Shown: positions 15,660-23,424, counted from the first letter of the stretch. The stretch: 28,165 bases of DNA from a virus (IMGVR_UViG_3300037420_001135:1-28165); one strand, 5' to 3'. Made by a program: numbers and translations. The notes: generated from the sequence alone by a model not told the origin.

Positions 15660-17820
15660 ATCCCCCGAACAGATTGCGGCTGAAGAAAAACTCCGAACCG
15701 ACACCGAGGCTTGTGTTGAGCAGATGCTTTTCTTCAGGCGGCTCAACGATGCTGCGAACTTCCGCTTCTACAAGCAATTCGTCGGTTATCGCGAACAACA
15801 GTTCTTTCCTGATGGCGTGACGAAGAGATCGAACCTCTTCTTCCCCTATCCGCAGTCGAACGTTGAGACCATTACCTCCCGAGTGGATGACGCTCTGTTT
15901 CCTGATGGGGATTGGTTTGAGTGCAACGGCGAGGGAATGGCCGACCAGCCTGCGGCGGAGAAGATGGGGACGGTGCTCAAGTACAAGCTTGAGCGGGCCG
16001 ATGCGATTGGAACGGGCTTTCAGCCGGTCATTAAGAATGCTTGTATCTATCGGCTTGCGGGCCTCAAGGTCGATTGGGACCACGGCTACGACATCGTGGA
16101 TTACAAGGAACCGGTTTTTCCGTTGGCTCCCGTCACCCAGCCGATTGTTGATCCCCAAACAGGACAACCACAGACCGACGCTAACGGCCAACCTGTGATG
16201 CAGATGGTGGTTGACCCGCAGACTGGTCAACCTCAAATGACTCCTGACCAGAACCAACCTCCGATTGGCTTCCGTCCCGCGCAGAAACCCGTTAAGCGGA
16301 ACCGTCCAAAGTTCATCCCTATCGACCCGTTCGACCTTTTGGTTGATCCGAACGGTATCTACATCGGGCACATAGTTGAAAGGTCTTTGGGGGAGATGAT
16401 TCGTGAGGCTGAGGGCTTCAAGGCTCAAACGGGCGAAGACCTCTATTTTCCCGAGGCGCTGGATGAAATCAAGAATCACCTTGTCACGCAGAAGGAACCG
16501 CTGAACGTCATCATTCGGTTTGCGGAAGTGTGGAACCGGATTGATGGGAGTGTGGTTCAACTCACTTGCAAGGACCAAGATGGACTTTCTTGGAAAGACG
16601 CTCGACTCGCTCTTCGCGCCCTTAACTCCTCTTCCTTTAATCGGCAGATGTACGGCGGGAAGACGGTTGTGTTGTATGCGGGCAAGAACCAATTCGCGCA
16701 CAAGCAAATCCCGATCCTCACCACCTCCTACATCAAGATCCCGAACGAGATTTACGGCATCAGCGCGGTTGAGACGATTGCCGAGCTGAACGAGCACCTT
16801 TCCAAGCAAGTCGGGATTCTGGAAGATAACTGGAACATGGGAGTCAATGCCCGCTACGGCATCAACACCGATGCGGATGTTGACCACGATTCGCTCAACA
16901 ACGCGAACGTGCCCGGTGGGAAGGTGTTTGGCTCAGGCGACCCGAAGACCTGGATGTTCCCGCTTCCGATTCTCAAACCTGAGCAGGGTGACTACCAGAT
17001 GATCGAACTCACTCGCGGCATGTGTGAGATGGGTTCGGGTGTGAGCGACTTCTATTCGAAGGGTGTGGGTGCTCCGAGCGACAACGGCACCGCGACCGGA
17101 ATCGCTTCCATCATCAATGAGAGCAATTTCCGCTTCAAGCAATTCATCCGCAACATCGGTCGGGACATCCTTCGTCCCGCGTTGAAGATGACCGCCTCGA
17201 TGATTCAGCAGTTTGTGACCAACGAGGAAGAGATGCTCATTACCGATGAGCAGGCGGGCATTCCTAAGATTGAGATGCTCATCCCTGAGCAGATTATCGG
17301 GCAGTTCGATTTCGTGGTGAACGACGCAAACTATGCTTCGAACAAGACCGTCAGGCAGCGCAATCTGATGGCACTCGCGAATATTGCGAAGGAGAGCGGG
17401 TATCTGAAAGAGGGTGCGGGACTCCGCAGGCTGTTCAAGGAATTCCAAATCCCAGGTTGGCAAGAGTTGGTGATGACCGACCAAGAGTATGCCGCCAATC
17501 AGCAAGCGCAACAACAACAGATGTTGCAGATGCAATACCTCGAACTTCAGAAGGAACTCATTCTGATCGAGGCCAAGGCGAAAGCCGCGTGCATGTGCAA
17601 GGACGAGAAAGGCGGGGGAAAACCAGCCCTCGGCTCGTCCTCAAAGGACTCCAAACCTCGCGGATCGAACGATGGCAGGGGCGGGGGACGTAAGCCTTCG
17701 ACCCAAATGGAAGGCTCAATCCCCGGCGCGGGCACGACTTCCGAGAGCCGTCTGAGTGCTCAGGGAGTGGGTGCGAACTCGCTCGGACTTGGGCAGATGG
17801 GTGAGATTGGGAACGGCTAA
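15649..17820 (+). CDS. portal protein (podovirus-type)
   Basis: 723 aa, between terL and scaffold/capsid; YGISAVE, SGVSD...G and TATG motifs; Gln-rich C-terminus. Confidence 0.85.
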   Translation: METKSPEQIAAEEKLRTDTEACVEQMLFFRRLNDAANFRFYKQFVGYREQQFFPDGVTKRSNLFFPYPQSNVETITSRVDDALFPDGDWFECNGEGMADQPAAEKMGTVLKYKLERADAIGTGFQPVIKNACIYRLAGLKVDWDHGYDIVDYKEPVFPLAPVTQPIVDPQTGQPQTDANGQPVMQMVVDPQTGQPQMTPDQNQPPIGFRPAQKPVKRNRPKFIPIDPFDLLVDPNGIYIGHIVERSLGEMIREAEGFKAQTGEDLYFPEALDEIKNHLVTQKEPLNVIIRFAEVWNRIDGSVVQLTCKDQDGLSWKDARLALRALNSSSFNRQMYGGKTVVLYAGKNQFAHKQIPILTTSYIKIPNEIYGISAVETIAELNEHLSKQVGILEDNWNMGVNARYGINTDADVDHDSLNNANVPGGKVFGSGDPKTWMFPLPILKPEQGDYQMIELTRGMCEMGSGVSDFYSKGVGAPSDNGTATGIASIINESNFRFKQFIRNIGRDILRPALKMTASMIQQFVTNEEEMLITDEQAGIPKIEMLIPEQIIGQFDFVVNDANYASNKTVRQRNLMALANIAKESGYLKEGAGLRRLFKEFQIPGWQELVMTDQEYAANQQAQQQQMLQMQYLELQKELILIEAKAKAACMCKDEKGGGKPALGSSSKDSKPRGSNDGRGGGRKPSTQMEGSIPGAGTTSESRLSAQGVGANSLGLGQMGEIGNG
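16376..16398 (-). repeat. dispersed repeat copy 12 (inside the portal CDS)
   Basis: TTGAAAGG-TCTTTGG-GGGAGATG on the plus strand. Confidence 0.65.
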
Positions 17821-17824
17821 GTAA

Positions 17825-17844
17825 CTGAAAGGTTTTGGGAGATG
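17825..17844 (-). repeat. dispersed repeat copy 13 (short form)
   Basis: CTGAAAGG-TTTT-GGGAGATG; supplies the ATG at 17842. Confidence 0.9.
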
Positions 17845-18021
17845 AAATGTGGCGAAGCCATTCTCGACCCTGAGTTCGAACGAACCTCGATGGGCATTCA
17901 GAACTGCCGCCTCTTCCTGTGTGATCGGATGCTCAGTTATTACGAGACTGAAGAGTACGAAATCATCACCCGACCTTACGTGACTTTCATCGCCTGCGCG
18001 GATTGTGCCGAAAAACTTTAA
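17842..18021 (+). CDS. small Cys-rich protein (59 aa, below the cutoff)
   Basis: MKCGEAILDPEF...CADCAEKL*; bounded exactly by repeat copies 13 and 14. Confidence 0.6.
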   Translation: MKCGEAILDPEFERTSMGIQNCRLFLCDRMLSYYETEEYEIITRPYVTFIACADCAEKL

Positions 18022-18022
18022 C

Positions 18023-18049
18023 CATCTCCCCCCAAACCTTTCCATCTCA
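18023..18049 (+). repeat. dispersed repeat copy 14
   Basis: CATCTCCC-CCCAAA-CCTTTCCATCTCA, immediately followed by the ATG at 18050. Confidence 0.9.
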
Positions 18050-18400
18050 ATGATTAGTTACCTCAAATCCCTCGTCCGTCCGCTGGTGATTGAAACCACC
18101 GCCGAGAAACCCACTCTCACTGAATCCACTCTCCTTGACCTCAAACAACTTCAATATCGGGACGGGTTCAAATACATCCTCGCATCGCTGCGATTCAAGA
18201 AAGCCGTCGCGCAGAGCAAGCTGGTGAGTGAGACCGATGCGAAGTTAATTCCCCATCTGCAAGCGATGGTGAGAGCGATTGATTTGCTGGAAGCCGATCT
18301 CCGCATGTTTGCGCAGATGGACACCAAGAAATCTCGTCCCGCAGAGGACGAAGAGATTCGACTCTTCAAAAAAGTCTCAGCCTCGACCACTTTGGTCTAG
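18050..18400 (+). CDS. hypothetical helical protein between portal and scaffold
   Basis: ATG at 18050 is in frame with the track ORF 18005..18400. Confidence 0.65.
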   Translation: MISYLKSLVRPLVIETTAEKPTLTESTLLDLKQLQYRDGFKYILASLRFKKAVAQSKLVSETDAKLIPHLQAMVRAIDLLEADLRMFAQMDTKKSRPAEDEEIRLFKKVSASTTLV

Positions 18401-18407
18401 AAGGCGC

Positions 18408-18460
18408 TGTCCGCTGAAGCGGCTTGTCCATTAATAACGGACATCGCAAAAGAGCGGACA
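18408..18460. repeat. short TGTCC(G) / (C)GGACA direct and inverted array
   Basis: TGTCCGCT at 18408, TGTCCATT at 18425, AACGGACA at 18436, AGCGGACA at 18453. Confidence 0.6.
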
Positions 18461-18516
18461 TCTCGTGTTCGACAGCCACAAGCTGTCAAATCCAAAAACC
18501 CCACAAGGGAGAATGA

Positions 18517-19485
18517 ATGAAAGCACTAACCAACCGCGTTTGCGGATTGGCTTTGGTCCTGCTCGGTCTCGGCACTGATGCCATTACCGCAGGAGTTACG
18601 CCCGCCGCAACCGACCCCACATCAGTCGTAGATATGTTCTCGACTACTGCTGATGGCAGCCAGCCGACAACGGCAACCACGGGAACAACCACCTCTGTCG
18701 ATCCTGGTGCGACAACGCCCGCTTCTTTCGAGCTTCGTGCTGGAGAGAGCGTCTATCGGTCGGTGGAGGAAGCTCAACGGGGCATTGAGCATAAAGACAG
18801 CTTAATCAATCTGCTCCGCAGTCAAGTGACACAGACTACAGGCATTGACCCTCTCACGGGTCAGCGCGTGCAGCCTGGACAGATGCAGCCGATGGTTGGG
18901 CCACAAGCCCCCGTTCGCTACATCGACAATCCGAATCAGTATGCAAAAGACCTGACCGAAGCCGTGCAGATGGGCCAGCAGACGGGGGATTATTCCCGTT
19001 ATCACGCAGTCCAGAAGCAGATGGCCTCGGAGCAGATGGAGCAGCAGTTCGCTCCATACATGCCGGTCCTTCACAACTTTGTCGAGACCTCGGCGGTTCA
19101 GCAGGTTTCTGCTCAGATCCCTGAGTTCGGCAAGTTCTACGGATCTCCGGAGTTCAAGAAGACCCTCGACGCACAGCCTCTTTTGAAAATGGGCATCGAC
19201 AACGCGAAAGCGAACCCACAATTCGCCTCGCAACTTCCCGAACTTTACAAGCAGGTCTATACCGTTGCGGAGAACGCTCGCTTGAAGGCGCAGTTGGCTG
19301 AGCTTCAAAAAGCCTCGCAAACTCCCACTCAACCTGTCCGTCCCACGGCTCAACCGCTTTCCACTCAACCTCAAACGGGGAATGTGAATGTCCAGGATTG
19401 GAGAACCGATCCTGCCGCTCGCAAAGCCTACATTGAGCAACAGAAGAAAGCCGGGATTGAGAACGTGGTGATGCCGCTTGCGTGA
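18517..19485 (+). CDS. probable capsid scaffolding protein
   Basis: Immediately upstream of the capsid gene; low-complexity N-terminus, YRSVEEA motif, Gln-rich helices. Confidence 0.7.
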   Translation: MKALTNRVCGLALVLLGLGTDAITAGVTPAATDPTSVVDMFSTTADGSQPTTATTGTTTSVDPGATTPASFELRAGESVYRSVEEAQRGIEHKDSLINLLRSQVTQTTGIDPLTGQRVQPGQMQPMVGPQAPVRYIDNPNQYAKDLTEAVQMGQQTGDYSRYHAVQKQMASEQMEQQFAPYMPVLHNFVETSAVQQVSAQIPEFGKFYGSPEFKKTLDAQPLLKMGIDNAKANPQFASQLPELYKQVYTVAENARLKAQLAELQKASQTPTQPVRPTAQPLSTQPQTGNVNVQDWRTDPAARKAYIEQQKKAGIENVVMPLA

Positions 19486-19518
19486 GGGGAGAAATCTTCC
19501 TTCAAAGGATAAATCTCT

Positions 19519-19574
19519 ATGAAATTCAAATTTACCTGGCTGCTCTCGATCTTCGGTTTGGGTGCAGACGTGAT
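19519..19574 (+). CDS. major capsid protein exon 1
   Basis: AAGGA SD, MKFKFTWLLSIFGLGADV+AT; joins exon 2 in frame (AT|C = Ile). Confidence 0.8.
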
Positions 19575-19658
19575 TAACTAAATGGTCACGTAACTTGGCT
19601 ATATGCTGGAACATCCTAATACTTACGGTTACTGTTTACGTAAAAATACCTAAGTTAA

Positions 19659-19692
19659 GGTGAAGTCGAACCCGTTATTCGGCTGTCTAATT
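19659..19692 (+). promoter_or_regulatory. phage late promoter motif inside the intron
   Basis: GGTGAAGTC-N17-GTCTAATT ending 23 nt before the endonuclease ATG. Confidence 0.75.
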
Positions 19693-19715
19693 GAGCAGAA
19701 TAACAGAGAACCTTA

Positions 19716-20246
19716 ATGGACAATCAGCAGGAAAGATTTCTGGAATCGAAGCAATTAAAACAATATGGCGACCTTAATTGGTTAGTCGGGTTATGGGAGG
19801 GTGAAGGAACCTTCACTCTTGTAGCCGGAAGCAAGCGGAGAATCATGCCGCGCCTCTCACTTATCAATTCAGATTTCGATCTAATCGACGAAGTGAGCCG
19901 GATTTTAACTGACAACATGGTTGGTCACTATATACAAACACGCAAAGGCGGATGTACGAACAATCCTAAACATAAGGATGTTAAGACCGTCAGTATTTGC
20001 GGATTAAAACGTGTAGCGCATTGTGTTCGTACGTTTATGCCTTATATACGGGGTAATAAACGGAAAGTAGCACAGCTTGTTGGAGAGTATGCGGAGCACA
20101 GATTAGGTCTCCCCAAAAACGCTTCCTACACGGATAAAGATTACACGTATGTAAAAGCCGTACGTGTCCTAAATCGTAAAGGTCCAGAAAAATCCTCAGA
20201 GACTACACGCCAAGCTCCCGTTTATTTTCGCGGGAAGAAGATATAG
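19716..20246 (+). CDS. LAGLIDADG homing endonuclease (single motif)
   Basis: WLVGLWEGEGTF motif; intron-encoded. Confidence 0.85.
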   Translation: MDNQQERFLESKQLKQYGDLNWLVGLWEGEGTFTLVAGSKRRIMPRLSLINSDFDLIDEVSRILTDNMVGHYIQTRKGGCTNNPKHKDVKTVSICGLKRVAHCVRTFMPYIRGNKRKVAQLVGEYAEHRLGLPKNASYTDKDYTYVKAVRVLNRKGPEKSSETTRQAPVYFRGKKI

Positions 20247-20270
20247 TCCAAACCGCATTTAGCGGTAAAG

Positions 20271-21225
20271 CACAGTTACAACTGGTTCGGCTGGCTCTGC
20301 CGGTTCGACCGCAGCTGAACTCGTCAACTTTATCGACGCGCAGATGCTTGATGTCGCGGAACTCAACACCGTGCTCAAGCAATTCGGTCAGGCGAAGCCT
20401 CTTCCGAAGGGCGTCGGTTCCAAAACGATTCAGTTCAACCGTATGGAAAAACTGACGGTCTCTGCGTCTCCGACTCAGTTGACCGAAGGTTCGCAGCCTG
20501 ACGCGGTTGGTCTGACGATCAATCAGTTCACCGCTACGACCGAGCAGTACGGCAACTTGGTTCGTATCGCGGACCTCGCGGAACTTTCCGCAAAGCATCC
20601 GCTGATTCAGGAAGCAATGCAGAAGCTTGGGTTGTGGTCTGCGGAAGTCATCGACATCCTCATCTACAACGTGATTGACGCTGCGACCAACGTGTATCGC
20701 GTGAACAACCGTGCGGGTGACACCTCAACCCTCGCTTCGGACGTTCCGAGTTACAACGACCTTGTGGAGCTGAATGCGATCCTGGTGACGCAGGGTGCAA
20801 AGCCGTTTGCCGATGGCAATTACGCTTTCATCACTTCGCCTCAGCCGTACGCTTCGCTGCAGCGTGATCCGGACTGGAAGGCTGCTAACCAACTCGCAGG
20901 CGCGGACAAGATTTTCCGTGGTCAGGTTGGCGCAATCTCCGGCATGAGCGTGACCCGCTCGAACTCTCCGGCTTATGCCGTGACCTCGCAAGCCACGACC
21001 GGCTTCTCGAACAAGATCTACTCTTCGTTCGCAGTTGGCATGGGTGCGTATCAGGTCTCGGATTTCCAGAGCCTTGAGTCCATCGTGACGCCTCCGGGTG
21101 GTCACGGGGATGCGCTGAAGCAGAGCACGAAGCTCGGTGTGAAGTTCTCCATGAAATCGGTCATCACGAACCAGGCATGGATCCGCCGTGTGCGTAGCTC
21201 CGGCAACGATTCCATCACCAACTAA
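20271..21225 (+). CDS. major capsid protein exon 2 (N4-gp56-like family); spliced product 336 aa
   Basis: QFGQAKPLPKGVGSKTIQFNR, LTEG, QYG and GQVG motifs; frame is open from 20272. Confidence 0.88.
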
Positions 21226-21236
21226 TCTCTAGCCTT

Positions 21237-21265
21237 CTGAGGGGAGGACACAATCCTCCCCTCGG
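21237..21265 (+). terminator. strong hairpin after the capsid gene
   Basis: CTGAGGGGAGGA/TCCTCCCCTCGG stem; lacks a good U-tract. Confidence 0.45.
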
Positions 21266-21298
21266 GAGCAATTTCAAGAAAAGGACAAAAGCCACACA

Positions 21299-21619
21299 AT
21301 GGCAGACCCCAAAGCAAAACAATCAGAAGTAAAAGCAATGACGCTCGATGAAGCGTTCAAAACCGACAAGAGCGATTGGGAATACGTTGCGATCCCTCAG
21401 TTCACCGTTCTCGGCACTGAGCACGATTCCATTTCGCTCAACAACTACGAATTCGCGGCGGGCAAGAAACACTTCGTCCCGAAGGTTGTTGCCGAACAGT
21501 TGCGTGACCGCCTCGCTGCGGACCACGAACAGAAGCTCCGTATCAACTCCGACCAGAAACGGATGGAAGTGATTCGCCGGACTCGCGGGGCTATTGATAT
21601 GCCGGTAGAGGGCATTTAA
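21299..21619 (+). CDS. hypothetical protein (106 aa)
   Basis: AAAGGA SD; follows the capsid gene. Confidence 0.7.
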   Translation: MADPKAKQSEVKAMTLDEAFKTDKSDWEYVAIPQFTVLGTEHDSISLNNYEFAAGKKHFVPKVVAEQLRDRLAADHEQKLRINSDQKRMEVIRRTRGAIDMPVEGI

Positions 21620-21632
21620 GAGGGAAAATAAA

Positions 21633-22058
21633 TTGCAACTCAAATCTGAATCCCAGCTTCTAAGAGAAGTGATCTACAAAGAGGCGAGGGGTGAGGGCAA
21701 ACAGGGAATGGAAGCGGTTGGGCATGTGATTCTCAACCGCTCCAAAGCCTGGAATCAAAGGCTCACGAAGGTGATTACCGGGCCTAATCAATTCTCGTGT
21801 ATGTCCGTCCCCTCCGACCCCCAATACCTGAAGCCCTGCCCGATGCCTGACGATCCCGCTGGGAAGTTGTGGGAGGCGGCGGGTGAGATAACTGAAAGGT
21901 TTATGGGAGATGATAAGCCTGAAGATATAACCAACGGCGCTCTTTACTACTGCAACCCTAAAAGTAGTACCTCGGGCTGGTTCAGCCGCAATATAGTGGG
22001 GAAGCCTAAGGAGCATCCGTTGGTGGCTGTGTTGGGCAAGCATCATTTCTACGCCTAA
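21633..22058 (+). CDS. cell wall hydrolase, SleB/Hydrolase_2 family (probable endolysin)
   Basis: EARGE...AVGHVILNR, QFS, GALYY and GKHHFY motifs. Confidence 0.88.
   Translation: MQLKSESQLLREVIYKEARGEGKQGMEAVGHVILNRSKAWNQRLTKVITGPNQFSCMSVPSDPQYLKPCPMPDDPAGKLWEAAGEITERFMGDDKPEDITNGALYYCNPKSSTSGWFSRNIVGKPKEHPLVAVLGKHHFYA
21892..21912 (-). repeat. dispersed repeat copy 15 (inside the lysin CDS)
   Basis: CTGAAAGG-TTTAT-GGGAGATG on the plus strand. Confidence 0.85.
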
Positions 22059-22081
22059 GGGTGAAAATAATTTTCAGAAAT

Positions 22082-22115
22082 GGTGAAGTCGGAACCCGTT
22101 TTCGGGAGTCTAATT
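22082..22115 (+). promoter_or_regulatory. phage late promoter motif
   Basis: GGTGAAGTC-N17-GTCTAATT. Confidence 0.75.
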
Positions 22116-22119
22116 ACAC

Positions 22120-22219
22120 AGAGGGCTTCGGTAGGAGCCGGTACTAAATGACGCTCTGAGGGGAGCAATCCCAAAAGGTCTCATCGTCGGGGAGATGCCG
22201 GTTCCTTCCCAAGTCCTCT
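22120..22219 (+). ncRNA. candidate ~100-nt rod-like RNA
   Basis: Nested stems AGAGGGCUU/AAGUCCUCU, GGAGCCGGUA/UGCCGGUUCC, GACG/CGUC, UGAG/CUCA and a GCAA tetraloop; starts at the predicted TSS. Confidence 0.6.
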
Positions 22220-22267
22220 TTTAAGTTTAATCAGGAGGTGACTTATGCGTTAGGAGGAAACCTAACC

Positions 22268-22585
22268 ATGAGTCGTTCGTTTAAGAAACGGCCTTTTCAG
22301 GCTATTTGTGGCGGCGGAAGTGCAAAGCACGATAAACAGCTTGCGGCACGCGGAATGCGCCGTCGTCAGAACCAAGCTCTGCGTACTGCAGATGATTTTG
22401 AAGATTTTTTGATTCCGCATCGTTATGAGTGCGCTTTCAACGAGACGTATTGTTGGGGGCGTGATGGATCTCAGATGTATCAAGGTCTGGATGCCGGGAG
22501 AACTTGGCACTATTACGGACCTGATGGATGCCTGTGGGATGGTCAATGGCCTCCCAAGTGGTATCAGAAGATGATGCGGAAATAA
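22268..22585 (+). CDS. basic hypothetical protein (MSRSxKK...MRK type)
   Basis: AGGAGG SD before the ATG at 22268; Arg/Lys-rich N-terminus, aromatic C-terminus. Confidence 0.75.
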   Translation: MSRSFKKRPFQAICGGGSAKHDKQLAARGMRRRQNQALRTADDFEDFLIPHRYECAFNETYCWGRDGSQMYQGLDAGRTWHYYGPDGCLWDGQWPPKWYQKMMRK

Positions 22586-22589
22586 GCGT

Positions 22590-22790
22590 GGCTCCCTGCT
22601 TTGCCCTGACGCGGAACTAATGCGTTATCAACGGAGCCGTGAGAATGATGGCTATACGCTATCAGCCTACACACGGTGCCACATGATGTCCTAGGAAACG
22701 TCATGTGGTGGAGCGCATCCGGCCTTTCCCTAGATGCGCGTATAGGGAGCCTTCCCGAATTGAGTCGGGTTCAGGTGCGGGGATCTGAAA
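22590..22790 (+). ncRNA. candidate multibranch structured RNA
   Basis: Closing stem GGCUCCCU/AGGGAGCC (22590/22744) encloses 4-5 hairpins, e.g. CCACAUGAUGU/ACGUCAUGUGG and GCGCAUC/GAUGCGC. Confidence 0.55.
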
Positions 22791-22815
22791 CCGTGATAGC
22801 GTCCAATCCCTCCCG

Positions 22816-23424
22816 ATGTTCTCGCTCGCTTCCCTCTTAGCTTCACCACTTCTCCGAAAGGCTCTCGCTACCTTAGGAGTTGTTCTCCTTTTGTGGGGCG
22901 CTTACGAATGGGCTTACCAGCGTGGGCGTTCCACAGGAGAGCAAGAGGGAAAGATTTCTCAGCTTCAGGAAGATAAAAAGGCTTGGGAGGCCGATAGAGC
23001 GAAGTTCGAACAAACGCTCAACGCCCTCAGCGATCAGAAGAAGGCCGCCGAACAACGAGCGGATGTGGCCGAGCAATCGGTTGCTCAACTAAAGCAAGGT
23101 CTCAACGACATCAAGCGGGCAGTTGCGGCAAATGTTCATCCGACTGACGACGCAACGAAGCTAGCCGACTACGACGCGCTCTACGAAGAGAACCAGCAGC
23201 GCAAGCAGATTGAGGCCAAGCAGCAAGAGCAAATCGACGCGCTGAAATCTCAGGTCGATATTCAAGGCAAGCAACTCGCAGCGACTCTCGACCAGCTCCA
23301 CAAGACCGAAGTGGTCTACGCGAAGGCTTATAACGCCGCACAGAAAAGAAATTGGTTTCAACGTCTCTTCCATCTCAAGGGTAGGCATCTAGACCTCCCC
23401 ACCCCAATCTCCATCTCCCAATAA
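22816..23424 (+). CDS. membrane-anchored coiled-coil protein (i-spanin-like)
   Basis: N-terminal hydrophobic segment then a long coiled coil; close to the lysin gene. Confidence 0.5.
   Translation: MFSLASLLASPLLRKALATLGVVLLLWGAYEWAYQRGRSTGEQEGKISQLQEDKKAWEADRAKFEQTLNALSDQKKAAEQRADVAEQSVAQLKQGLNDIKRAVAANVHPTDDATKLADYDALYEENQQRKQIEAKQQEQIDALKSQVDIQGKQLAATLDQLHKTEVVYAKAYNAAQKRNWFQRLFHLKGRHLDLPTPISISQ

Larger units (their letters stand above)
19575..20270 (+). mobile_element. group I intron in the major capsid gene
   Basis: P1 ACGUGAU/GUCACGU with U.G wobble; P3 CUUGGC/GCCAAG; P AUGCUGGAA; Q AAUCAGCAGG at 19722; R UCAGAGACUA at 20196; S AAGAUAUAGUCC at 20238; P9; terminal G at 20270. Confidence 0.92.

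Noticed and set aside
15640-16887. 415-aa minus-strand ORF (and similar ones at 7515..8198, 18802..19614, 25904..26578)
   Set aside because: These are antisense shadows of the portal, terL, scaffold and nozzle genes, with no recognisable motifs.
20344-21225. Capsid start at 20344 as given in the ORF track
   Set aside because: There is no SD, and the frame is open back to the intron 3' splice site where it joins exon 1.
22150-22190. Hammerhead ribozyme
   Set aside because: CTGAGG...CAAAA does not match the CUGANGA/GAAA core.
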